From: a bacterium
GTDB taxonomy: Bacteria; Hydrothermota; Tepidihabitantia; Tepidihabitantales; Tepidihabitantaceae
DNA: 29,859 nucleotides
NCBI GenBank assembly: GCA_046485285.1
Contig: JAWOHE010000033.1
Span: forward strand, 1-29,859
Direction: 5' to 3'
Below the pieces are notes generated by a model. It made no database searches. It saw nothing but the letters and a program-made list of their open reading frames with translations, and was not told where the DNA came from. Below, piece after piece: positions 8,918-19,310 of the stretch. The position numbers and the translations under genes were made by a program. Each line of letters begins with the position of its first letter. Positions within the stretch are counted from its first letter, which is position 1.

Positions 8918-10576
8918 TCAGCGGGCGACCACCAGCCGTACCCGCGCGTCGCCGGCCCGGCCGAAGTAGGAACCGGGTACGACGCGGCGGCCGTAGCCGT
9001 CGAGAAGGTCCCAGTGCCAGCCGGCCGGGCCCGGGAGGAGTCGGCGGGCCAGTCGGCCGTCGCTTGCGTAGATGTCGAGGGGGGGCAGGGGAGTCGTGCC
9101 GGGCCCGGCCGTGAATGTCACCGGGCCGCGGGCCGGGCTGGGGCGAACCCGGAGCCGGGCGGGGACCGGCGCGCGTCCCGCCTCCGCGACCGGGCTCGCG
9201 TCGGTATTGCGGAACAGGTGGTTTCCGGCCGTGCGGTGCCAGTTGCTGACCGCGAGGTCGGGCCGGGCCGCGTACCGGTAGTGACAGCGGACCGCCGCAC
9301 CCGCGGGTGGCACGGTCTCGAGGCTGAACCAGGCCGCGAGCGGGTCCGCGCACCAGCTCCCCGGCGGGACCGCAGCGCCGTCGACCGTCACGCTGTCGAT
9401 GAACTGCGCCGGGCCGCGGCCCAGGCTCCAGAGCCGGCGGCTGCCGTCGCCGGCGAACTCGTCGAACCGGGCCTCGAGGCGGCGATTGCCGACGTCGGCA
9501 AAGGCGAGCGCCTCGCAGACAAGCTCCTGGATGTTGGCCGGCCGCCAGCTCCAGGCGGGGACGGTGCCGAGCGTGCCGGCATTGTTCTCGAAGACGACGA
9601 CCGGCTCCCACCAGCCGCCGGCGGCCAGCTCCGGGTAGCCGTCGCCGTTGACGTCGCCCCAGGCGACGCAGGAGGAGTAGCGGTTGGCGCGGAGCATCAC
9701 GAAGGACGGGGCGGCATCGAGCGTGCCGGCGTTGTTGCGGTAGACCCGGATGCTGTTCGAGTCGAGGAGCTGGCCGTTCGAGGCGACCGCCAGGTCGGGC
9801 CAGCCATCCTGGTCGTAGTCGCCGAAGGCGAGCCGGAGCACCCAGCCGACGCCGGCACGGGCGGTCCAGCAAGGCGACGTCTCGAGCGCGCCGGCGTTGT
9901 TGCGGAACATCGAGACCTGCCGGCGGTGGCCGACAAAGAGGTCGAGGTCGCCGTCGTTGTCGATATCGCAGAACCGGACCGCATCCGAGGCGGTGTCGAA
10001 CTGCGCGGACCATGCCGGCAGGGTATCGAAGGCCGGGCCCGTGTTGCGGTAGACCCGGGCCGGGTCGCGTTCGTTCCGGTAGGCGTCCCCGGCCGACACC
10101 GCCAGGTCGAGCCGGCCGTCGAGGTCGAAGTCGCCAAGACAGCAGTCGAAGGAGGAGTGCCGGTCGGCCGCGCGCCAGGCGGGCAGGGGGTCGAGCCCGG
10201 CACCCGAGTTACGGTACAGCCGCGCGACGAGCTTCGTGTGGGTTGACTCGGGCCCGAGCGAGACGACCGCGAGGTCGGGCCGGCCGTCCCGGTCGACGTC
10301 GCCCGCGTAGCAGTGGCCGAACATCCCGCGGTCGGCCGAGCGCCACGACGCGGCGGTCTCGAGCGCGCCGCCGACGTTGACGTAGACCGCGTTCGAGTCG
10401 TGGGCCATGTCGTTGCCGTTCGAGGTCGCGAGGTCGACGAGGCCGTCGCCGGTGAAGTCGGCGAAAGCGATGCCGGTCGCGTAGTCATCGTCGTGCGACG
10501 TCCAGTCCGGCGCGGCGGGCAGGGGGATGACCGCGGTCGTCGAAACGGCGAAAGCGACAAGCACGAGGCCGAGCAT
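8918..10576 (-). CDS. Secreted FG-GAP/VCBS repeat beta-propeller protein with C-terminal Ig-like tail
   Basis: Signal peptide; repeated D-x-D/N-x-DG-x-x-DL motifs (DFTGDGLVDL, DVDRDGRPDL, DIDNDGDLDL, DYDQDGWPDL); C-terminus WDLLDGYGRRVVPGSYF. Confidence 0.87.
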   Translation of the reverse strand: MLGLVLVAFAVSTTAVIPLPAAPDWTSHDDDYATGIAFADFTGDGLVDLATSNGNDMAHDSNAVYVNVGGALETAASWRSADRGMFGHCYAGDVDRDGRPDLAVVSLGPESTHTKLVARLYRNSGAGLDPLPAWRAADRHSSFDCCLGDFDLDGRLDLAVSAGDAYRNERDPARVYRNTGPAFDTLPAWSAQFDTASDAVRFCDIDNDGDLDLFVGHRRQVSMFRNNAGALETSPCWTARAGVGWVLRLAFGDYDQDGWPDLAVASNGQLLDSNSIRVYRNNAGTLDAAPSFVMLRANRYSSCVAWGDVNGDGYPELAAGGWWEPVVVFENNAGTLGTVPAWSWRPANIQELVCEALAFADVGNRRLEARFDEFAGDGSRRLWSLGRGPAQFIDSVTVDGAAVPPGSWCADPLAAWFSLETVPPAGAAVRCHYRYAARPDLAVSNWHRTAGNHLFRNTDASPVAEAGRAPVPARLRVRPSPARGPVTFTAGPGTTPLPPLDIYASDGRLARRLLPGPAGWHWDLLDGYGRRVVPGSYFGRAGDARVRLVVAR

Positions 10577-10583
10577 CGCCGTC

Positions 10584-10611
10584 AGTCTAGCCCTCGCGGC
10601 CGGCCGGTCAA
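10584..10611 (-). promoter_or_regulatory. Promoter for the FG-GAP/birA/coaX/tsaB operon, probably leaderless
   Basis: Minus strand TTGACC-N16-TAGACT, 7 nt before the ATG at 10576. Confidence 0.6.
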
Positions 10612-10690
10612 GCCTGCCCGCGCGCCGCGCAGGCGGGCCGTCGGCCCCTACCCCGGCACGGCATCGGCCCCGGCATCGGCCCTCGGCGGC

Positions 10691-10718
10691 TTGACTCGGC
10701 CGCAGCAGGTTCTATAAT
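10691..10718 (+). promoter_or_regulatory. Promoter for the tRNA-Arg operon
   Basis: TTGACT-N16-TATAAT. Confidence 0.75.
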
Positions 10719-10733
10719 CGCCAGAACAGAAAC

Positions 10734-10807
10734 GCCCCTGTAGCTCAGACGGATAGAGCGACGGTTTCCTAAACCGTAGGTCAGGCGTTCGAATCGCCTC
10801 AGGGGTA
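10734..10807 (+). tRNA. tRNA-Arg (anticodon CCU), CCA not encoded
   Basis: Acceptor GCCCCTG/CAGGGGT; anticodon arm ACGGT-TTCCTAA-ACCGT; T arm AGGCG-TTCGAAT-CGCCT. Confidence 0.95.
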
Positions 10808-10826
10808 CATTGAAGACGAACCAGCT

Positions 10827-11525
10827 ATGAAGAAATACCATGCCAGGCAGCGCGTAAGCAAAGAGGACCTGAAGCCGGACCGGTTCCAGCAGGCGACCGA
10901 GAAGGTCGCCGAGTTCTACTACCGGGACCGGCAGAAGTTCTTCATCATCCTTGGTGCCGCGCTCGTCGTCATCGTCGGGCTGATCCTGGTCCTGCAGAGC
11001 CGGAGGCCGGGCGCCAACCCTGAGGCCCAGCTCAGGTTCACCGAGGCGCTGGGCATCTACAGCCAGGGCCAGGTGCAGGAGTCCGAGGACGCATTCCGTG
11101 ATGTCGCCACCCGTTTCGGCCGGGATGCCGTCGGCGTCCGGGCCCGGTACTACCTCGGGCAGATCTACTTCCAGACCGGCCGGTACGAAGAGGCCCGGCG
11201 GGAGTTCGGCGCGTTTCTGAAGGGCAACCCGAAGGACCCGATTCTCGGGCCCGGCGCGCTGATCGGCGTCGCCGACTGCCTCCAGGAGACAGGCAAGCCG
11301 CTCAAGGCGGCCGAGACCTACGAGCAGGCCTGGCGGCGCTACCCGCAATCGCCGCTGGCCGAAGAGGCGGCGATGGCCGCCGGCCGCAACTACGCCGACG
11401 CCGGCGCGCTGGACCGGGCGGAGAAGCTCTACCGGGCGCTGCTGGACAAGGAACCGACTGGCGAGAAGGCCGAGGTGCTCAAGATGCAGTTGAGTCACGT
11501 CCGGACCCTGAAGGAGAAATTCTAA
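10827..11525 (+). CDS. Membrane-anchored TPR protein (YfgM/CpoB-like)
   Basis: Single TM helix FFIILGAALVVIVGLILVL followed by TPR helices (YYLGQIYFQTGRYEEA). Confidence 0.8.
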   Translation: MKKYHARQRVSKEDLKPDRFQQATEKVAEFYYRDRQKFFIILGAALVVIVGLILVLQSRRPGANPEAQLRFTEALGIYSQGQVQESEDAFRDVATRFGRDAVGVRARYYLGQIYFQTGRYEEARREFGAFLKGNPKDPILGPGALIGVADCLQETGKPLKAAETYEQAWRRYPQSPLAEEAAMAAGRNYADAGALDRAEKLYRALLDKEPTGEKAEVLKMQLSHVRTLKEKF

Positions 11526-11527
11526 GC

Positions 11528-13490
<1,963 letters not shown>

Positions 13491-13505
13491 CCGGCGCGGC
13501 CGAAT

Positions 13506-13542
13506 GAAGAAGCGGGGGCCGCGCGGCCCCCGCTCTCTCTTC
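13506..13542. terminator. Likely bidirectional terminator hairpin
   Basis: AGCGGGGGCC-GCGC-GGCCCCCGCT flanked by purine- and pyrimidine-rich tracts, between convergent guaB and malic enzyme. Confidence 0.65.
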
Positions 13543-13550
13543 TGCTGGAA

Positions 13551-14903
13551 TCAGGTCTTCGGGGCTTCGGCGATGAACCCTTCCTTCATCAGGCTCTGGA
13601 CCATCTCGCGGGCGTGCCTGATGGTCGCGCTGGACTTCTTCATCAGCTCGTCGCGGGTCAGCTTGATGCGGGCGACGCCCTGCTCGATGGCCTTCATCCC
13701 GACCGCGACCGCCTCGCGCGGGAATACCTCCCAGTCGTCCATCGTCGGGACGAGGTAGTCCTGGCGCAGGCCGCGGTCCTCGGCGACCTTGGCAAGTTCG
13801 AGCGCGGCGGCGATGCACATCTCGTCGGTGATCGTCTTCGCGTTGACGTCGAGTGCGCCGCGGAAGATGCCCGGGAAGCCGAGCGAGTTGTTGACCTGGT
13901 TGGGGAAGTCGCTGCGCCCGGTCGCGACGACCGCGGCGCCTGCCTCGAGCGCCTCCCAGGGCCAGATTTCCGGGATGGGGTTGGCGCAGACGAAGACGAC
14001 GGCGTCTTTCGCCATCGACCCGATCCACTCGGGCTTGACCGTGTCCGGCCCGGGCGTCGAGAGGGCGATGAGGACATCGGCGTCCTTGATCGCGTCGGCG
14101 ACCGTACCGCGTAGGTCCCACTTGTTGGAGACTTCGCACATGTGCCACTTCTCCTTGAACGTCTCCCTGAGTTCGGTCCGACCCTTGTGGAGCGTTCCCT
14201 TTGAGTCGCACATGATGGTGTTCTCGGCCGTGACCCCGCCCTTGATGCAGACGCGGGAGATGGCGATGTTGGAGGCACCGGCGCCGAGGAAGACGACCTT
14301 GACCCTGCCGATGTCCTTGCCGACGAACTTCAGGGCGTTGACGAGACCGGCGTAGGTAACCGCGGCGGTGCCCTGCTGGTCGTCGTGCCAGACCGGGACG
14401 TTCATCTCCGCCCTGAGCGTGTCAAGGATGCGGAAGCACTTGGGCTGGGAGATGTCTTCGAGGTTGAACCCGCCGAAGGAGGGCTCGAGCAGTTTGGCGG
14501 TGCGGATGAACTCGTCCGGGTCCTTGGTGCGGAGCGCGATCGGCACGCAGTCGACCCCGCCGAGGTACTTGAAGAGGATGGCCTTGCCCTCCATTACCGG
14601 CATCGAGGCCTCGGGCCCGATGTCGCCGAGGCCGAGCACCCGCGTGCCGTCGGTGAGCACACAGATGGTGTTGGCCCGGTTGGTGTGGACAAAGGACTGC
14701 TCGGGGTGCGCCTGAATATCTCTGCAGGGCGCAGCGACGCCCGGAGTGTACCAGATGGCGAAGTCGTTGAAGTCGCGGATGCAGCACTTGGGCACGGTCT
14801 GGTACTTGCCCTTGTAGAACGGGTGCAGGACCATGGCATCCTGCGACGGCTTCTGGGCCTTGGTCTTGAGCTGCTCGACCTCGGCCGGGCTGAGCTTCTT
14901 CAC
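13551..14903 (-). CDS. NAD(P)-dependent malic enzyme (short type, no PTA domain)
   Basis: YTPGVA, DGTRVLGLGDIG, MEGKAILFK, NLEDI, HDDQQGTA, GAGA, ANPIPEI, TGRSDFPNQVNN. Confidence 0.95.
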   Translation of the reverse strand: MKKLSPAEVEQLKTKAQKPSQDAMVLHPFYKGKYQTVPKCCIRDFNDFAIWYTPGVAAPCRDIQAHPEQSFVHTNRANTICVLTDGTRVLGLGDIGPEASMPVMEGKAILFKYLGGVDCVPIALRTKDPDEFIRTAKLLEPSFGGFNLEDISQPKCFRILDTLRAEMNVPVWHDDQQGTAAVTYAGLVNALKFVGKDIGRVKVVFLGAGASNIAISRVCIKGGVTAENTIMCDSKGTLHKGRTELRETFKEKWHMCEVSNKWDLRGTVADAIKDADVLIALSTPGPDTVKPEWIGSMAKDAVVFVCANPIPEIWPWEALEAGAAVVATGRSDFPNQVNNSLGFPGIFRGALDVNAKTITDEMCIAAALELAKVAEDRGLRQDYLVPTMDDWEVFPREAVAVGMKAIEQGVARIKLTRDELMKKSSATIRHAREMVQSLMKEGFIAEAPKT

Positions 14904-14923
14904 GGTGTTTCTCCTTGTCTGCT

Positions 14924-16198
14924 TCAGGACGCGGCGGGTCTGTGGGGCGCGGGCGGTCGGAGGAAGAAGCTGACCGCGGCCGCGGCGATGCAGAGCACGC
15001 CGGTCAGGATGAACGCGAAATTGTAGTTTCCGGTCAACTCCCGGACGCGCGGGGCAAAGATGTTCGACGCGAGCCCGCCGACCCCGTAGGCGGTGAAGAT
15101 GAGGCCGTAGTTGACCCCGGCGTACTTCGTGCCGTAGTAGTCGGCGTTGATCGCCGGGTAAATCGCCAGGTAGCCGCCGAAGGTCGCACCGACCAGCGCG
15201 ATGCCGAACCAGAAGACCACCGGCGCCGCGGGGATGAGGAAGTACCCGAACACGGCGACGGCGTTGATGAGGTACATCAGGAACAGAGCCCGGGCGCGGC
15301 CGATCGAGTCCGAGACGCGGCCCCAGAAGATGCGGCCGAGGGTATTGAAGATGGCGAGCACCGACACGCCGACCGCGGCGGTGGCGCCATCGAAGCGCGC
15401 GAGCTCCTGCGCGATCGGCGAGGTCTGGCCGATCATCATCAGTCCGGCCGCGCAGCCGGCGAAGTACATCAGCCAGATGACCCAGAACTGCCAGGTGCCG
15501 AGCATCCGGCCCGAGGTGTAGTCGGTGCGCGGCGCGGTGCCGGGCATGGGTTGCGGCGGGGTCCAGCCGGGCGGGCAGTAGCCGGCGGGCGGGTTACGCA
15601 AGAGCAGTCCGCCGATGACGACCAGCGCCAGGTAGGCGACACCGAGCCAGCGCAAAGTCTGCCACACCCCGAGCTGGGGGAGGGGGAAGAGGTTTGCGCC
15701 GATGAGGTTGTAGGGCGTGCCCGAGATGAGTCCCTGGGCGAGCGGGGCGACGAAGAATGCGCCGGCACCGAAGCCGGCGACCGAGACGCCGCTGATGAGC
15801 CCCCGTTTGTCCGGGTAGCATTTGACCCCGCAGGCAATCGGACAGACGTAGGCAAAGCCGATGCCGACGCCGGAGATGACGCCGTAGGAGAGGACGAGCA
15901 CTTCGATGCCGCGGGCGAGGCTGGCAAGGAGCATCCCGGCCGCGAGCAGGACGCCGCCGGCGATGACGACGACCCGGGGCCCGAGCCGGTCCTGGAGCCG
16001 GCCGCCGGCGACGGTCGCGAGCGCGAAGGCAATCAGGACGACCGAGAACGGCAGCGACGCCTGGGTCGGGGAGATGCCGAGTTCGGCCTCGAGCGGCTTG
16101 CGGAACACGCTCCAGGCGTAAATGGCGCCGAGGCAGATCTGGACGAGGATGGCGCCGACGACGATGAGCCGTCGGTTGAAGACTTTGCTTTCACTCAT
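14924..16198 (-). CDS. OFA-family (oxalate:formate antiporter-like) MFS transporter
   Basis: About 12 TM segments; QICLGAIYAWSVF, GRLQDRLGPR, PDKRGL, GRVSDSIGR, YYGTKYAGVNYG. Confidence 0.9.
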   Translation of the reverse strand: MSESKVFNRRLIVVGAILVQICLGAIYAWSVFRKPLEAELGISPTQASLPFSVVLIAFALATVAGGRLQDRLGPRVVVIAGGVLLAAGMLLASLARGIEVLVLSYGVISGVGIGFAYVCPIACGVKCYPDKRGLISGVSVAGFGAGAFFVAPLAQGLISGTPYNLIGANLFPLPQLGVWQTLRWLGVAYLALVVIGGLLLRNPPAGYCPPGWTPPQPMPGTAPRTDYTSGRMLGTWQFWVIWLMYFAGCAAGLMMIGQTSPIAQELARFDGATAAVGVSVLAIFNTLGRIFWGRVSDSIGRARALFLMYLINAVAVFGYFLIPAAPVVFWFGIALVGATFGGYLAIYPAINADYYGTKYAGVNYGLIFTAYGVGGLASNIFAPRVRELTGNYNFAFILTGVLCIAAAAVSFFLRPPAPHRPAAS

Positions 16199-16244
16199 TG
16201 CGTGACCTCCGTGAGGGCAGGCGGCGGGTTGCGGGGTTGTGACG

Positions 16245-16285
16245 GCAGGCGGACTGCCGGAGGGACGTCCGGGCAGTCCGCCTGC
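16245..16285. repeat. Perfect 14-bp inverted repeat between acs and the MFS gene
   Basis: GCAGGCGGACTGCC (16245-16258) / GGCAGTCCGCCTGC (16272-16285); no U tract. Confidence 0.7.
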
Positions 16286-16297
16286 ATTGTCGGGTGC

Positions 16298-18196
16298 CTA
16301 CTCGTCGAGCGTCGAGATGTCGCCGACCGGCTGGCCGAGGGCCTCGGCCTTGAGCAGGCGGCGCATTATCTTGCCCGAGCGGGTCTTGGGCAGTTTGTCG
16401 CGGAATTCGATCGAGTCCGGCTTCGCGATCGCGCCGATCTCGGTCGCCACCCACTTCATCAGTTCCTGCTTGAGCGCGTCGGTCTTTTCGTAGCCGACCT
16501 TGAGCGTGACGTAGGCCTTGGGCACGTCGCCCTTGACCTCGTGGGGGACGCCGATGACCGCCGCCTCGGCGACGGCCGCGTGCGCGACGAGCGCGGACTC
16601 GACTTCGGCGGTGCCGAGCCGATGGCCGGCGACGTTGAGGACCTCGTCGGCGCGGCCGCGGAACCAGAAGTAGCCGTCCTCGTCGTGCGACACCGAGTCG
16701 CCCATCAGGTACTTGCCCGGGAAGCGCGACCAGTAGGTCTGGACGTAGCGGTCCGGGTCCTTGTAGATCGTCCGAAGCATCGCCGGCCAAGGCTTGAGCA
16801 GGACCCCGAGCCCGTTGGTGCCCGACGCGGCCGGATTGCCCTGCTGGTCGAGGACGTCGGCCTTGACGCCCGGCAGGGGCCGGGTCGCGGAGCCGGCCTT
16901 GAGCGGGGTTATCGGCAGCGGCGATATCATGAACGTCCCGGTCTCGGTCTGCCACCAGGTGTCCATTATCTGCAGCTTCCCGCCGCCGATGTGCTCGCGG
17001 TACCAGCGCCACGCCTCGGGGTTGATCGGCTCGCCGACCGAGCCGAGCAGGCGTAGTGAGGAGAGGTCGTGCTTCGCCGGCAGCTCACCGCCGAAGCGCA
17101 TGAACATCCGGATCGCGGTCGGCGAGGTGTAGAGGATCGTGACCTTCTCGCGCTCGATAATCGACCACCAGCGGTCCGGGGCCGGAAAGTCGGGCGCGCC
17201 CTCGTAGAGTATCGACGTCGCGCCGGTCATCAGCGGGGCATAGACGATGTAGGAGTGGCCGGTCACCCAGCCGATGTCGGCCGCGCACCAGTAGACGTCG
17301 TCGGGCTTGATGTCGAAGACGAACTTCAGCGTCGAGTAGGTGCCGACCGCGTAGCCACCGTGGATGTGGACGATGCCCTTCGGCTTACCGGTAGTGCCCG
17401 AGGTGTAGAGCGTGTAGAGCATGTCCTCGGGGTCGAGTTGCTCGCACGGGCAGTCGTCGGACTCATCCTTGACGACGTCGTGCCACCACAGGTCGCGGCC
17501 GGCGGTCATCGGGGCGTCGTTGCCGGCGCGTTTGAAGACGATGCAGTGCTCGATGCTCGGGCACTCGGCCAGCGCCGGGTCGGCGTTCGCCTTGAGCGGG
17601 ACCAGCTTGCCGCGGCGGTAGGCGCCGTCGCAGGTGATGAGGACCTTCGCCTCGGCGTCCTGGATGCGGTCGCGCAGGGAGCCGGACGAGAAGCCGGAGA
17701 ACACCACCGAGTGGACCGCGCCGATCCGGGCGCAGGCGAGCATCGCGATCGGGTTCTGCGGGACCATCGGCATGTAGAGCGTGACCCGGTCGCCCTTCTT
17801 GACGCCGAGCTTCTTGAGGGCGTTGGCGAACCGGCCGACCTCCCGGTGGAGTTGGGCGTAGGTCCAGCGTTCGACCTCGCCTGGCTCGGACTCGTAGATG
17901 TAGGCGACCTTGTCCCGAACCGGGGTCTTCATGTGGCGGTCGAGGCAGTTGTGGACGATGTTGAACTTGCCGCCGGTGAACCACTTGAAGAACGGTGCCT
18001 TCGAGTCGTCGAGGACCTTTTCCCACGGCTTGAACCACTCCAGCTCCCTTGCTACCTCGCCCCAGTACCACTCGTGGTCCTCGGCGCGCTTGAGAAGGGC
18101 ATCCAGGTCCGCGATGCCGTGCCTGTCCATGAAGGCCTTGATGTTCGAATTCTCGACCAGCTCCCTGGGCGGCTGGTAGACCTCGGGCTGTGACAT
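16298..18196 (-). CDS. acs: Acetyl-CoA synthetase (AMP-forming)
   Basis: [54 protein letters not shown]. Confidence 0.96.
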   Translation of the reverse strand: MSQPEVYQPPRELVENSNIKAFMDRHGIADLDALLKRAEDHEWYWGEVARELEWFKPWEKVLDDSKAPFFKWFTGGKFNIVHNCLDRHMKTPVRDKVAYIYESEPGEVERWTYAQLHREVGRFANALKKLGVKKGDRVTLYMPMVPQNPIAMLACARIGAVHSVVFSGFSSGSLRDRIQDAEAKVLITCDGAYRRGKLVPLKANADPALAECPSIEHCIVFKRAGNDAPMTAGRDLWWHDVVKDESDDCPCEQLDPEDMLYTLYTSGTTGKPKGIVHIHGGYAVGTYSTLKFVFDIKPDDVYWCAADIGWVTGHSYIVYAPLMTGATSILYEGAPDFPAPDRWWSIIEREKVTILYTSPTAIRMFMRFGGELPAKHDLSSLRLLGSVGEPINPEAWRWYREHIGGGKLQIMDTWWQTETGTFMISPLPITPLKAGSATRPLPGVKADVLDQQGNPAASGTNGLGVLLKPWPAMLRTIYKDPDRYVQTYWSRFPGKYLMGDSVSHDEDGYFWFRGRADEVLNVAGHRLGTAEVESALVAHAAVAEAAVIGVPHEVKGDVPKAYVTLKVGYEKTDALKQELMKWVATEIGAIAKPDSIEFRDKLPKTRSGKIMRRLLKAEALGQPVGDISTLDE

Positions 18197-18358
18197 GCCG
18201 TGTCCTCCTTTGACTACTGGCCTGTGATTAGCTGTTGCAGGATGCCTGACGCACCGGCTTCACGTCGCGCCGGCCGCGGCAACCCGGCGTGCGTCGGGCA
18301 TGCGGCGTGCGGTACCCGGCGCGATGCGTGGCGGACCCGAAGCGCCAGATGCCGGGTG

Positions 18359-18386
18359 AGTATATGCCGGGGTTGCGGGGAGTCAA
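18359..18386 (-). promoter_or_regulatory. Promoter for the acs operon
   Basis: Minus strand TTGACT-N16-TATACT, about 160 nt upstream of the ATG. Confidence 0.65.
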
Positions 18387-18395
18387 GCCGTCCGG

Positions 18396-19205
18396 TCAGC
18401 GCTTCGGGGCAAGAATCAGCGCGACGACGGACCGCTGTTCAAACAGCCCGCCGTGGCGTGCGAGGGTCCGGCGGATGCCGCCGAAGAGGCGGCGCTTGAC
18501 CGCCGGGGTCCGGATGGCGTGGTCGGACATCGTCCGGAGCAGGTCGACGTACTCCTCGACGGCGTATCGGCGGACGCAAGGGTAGCGGAGGATCGTGACC
18601 GGTCCGAACAGGCCCGAGTTCAGGATGGCCCGGCGCTGGCGGCGGATGCGTTCCCCGGGAGGGCGGGCCCGCCAGGGCTTCAACCCGGCCGCCCGGTAGA
18701 CCGCGTCGAGTTCGCGCCGGATTGCGTCGTCGGGCGTCTCGCGGAAGTGCCAGGCGAGCGCGAGCCAGCCGCCCTCGGCGAGCGCCCGGGCGGCCCCGGG
18801 GTAGGCGGTGCGGGTCGGTAGCCAGTGGAATGCCGAGGCGGCGAAGACGAGCCGGAAGGCGGCCGGCTCGACCGGCCAGTCTTCGAACCCGACGTTGAGG
18901 ATCTCGACCCGCGGGTATCCGCGCAGGTTGCGCCGACAGCGGCGGGCCATCCGCGGCGACAGCTCGACCGCGGTGACGGCCAGGCCGCGGCGGGCGAGCT
19001 CGAGGGTCGCCTGGCCGGTGCCCGGGCCGATCTCGAGTGCCCGGCTTCCCTGCTCGAGCCGCGCGAGCCGGACGAGGTCGTCGAACATCTTCGCGGGATA
19101 GCCGGGCCGGGTGCGTTCGTAGAGCGCCGGGTTGACGTCGAATGATGCCCGGCGCAGTCGGTGGCGCTCGGCGGCCCGGAGCGGAAGCGTCGCGCCGGCG
19201 TTCAC
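18396..19205 (-). CDS. Class I SAM-dependent methyltransferase
   Basis: YERTRPGYP, LEIGPGTGQAT, VELSPRM, ASAFHWL; start placed at GTG 19205 because a promoter lies directly upstream. Confidence 0.88.
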   Translation of the reverse strand: MNAGATLPLRAAERHRLRRASFDVNPALYERTRPGYPAKMFDDLVRLARLEQGSRALEIGPGTGQATLELARRGLAVTAVELSPRMARRCRRNLRGYPRVEILNVGFEDWPVEPAAFRLVFAASAFHWLPTRTAYPGAARALAEGGWLALAWHFRETPDDAIRRELDAVYRAAGLKPWRARPPGERIRRQRRAILNSGLFGPVTILRYPCVRRYAVEEYVDLLRTMSDHAIRTPAVKRRLFGGIRRTLARHGGLFEQRSVVALILAPKR

Positions 19206-19212
19206 AGCCGGG

Positions 19213-19240
19213 ATGCTAGGAGCCCGCGGCGGTTTGTCAA
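19213..19240 (-). promoter_or_regulatory. Promoter for the methyltransferase, probably leaderless
   Basis: Minus strand TTGACA-N16-TAGCAT, 7 nt before the GTG at 19205. Confidence 0.65.
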
Positions 19241-19257
19241 CCGGGCCGATGCCGGGG

Positions 19258-19285
19258 TTGCCATCCCGGCCGGGCGGCCTACAAT
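19258..19285 (+). promoter_or_regulatory. Promoter for the Asp-box protein gene
   Basis: TTGCCA-N16-TACAAT. Confidence 0.55.
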
Positions 19286-19310
19286 AGCCCATGACCGAAT
19301 GGAGTTGAAC

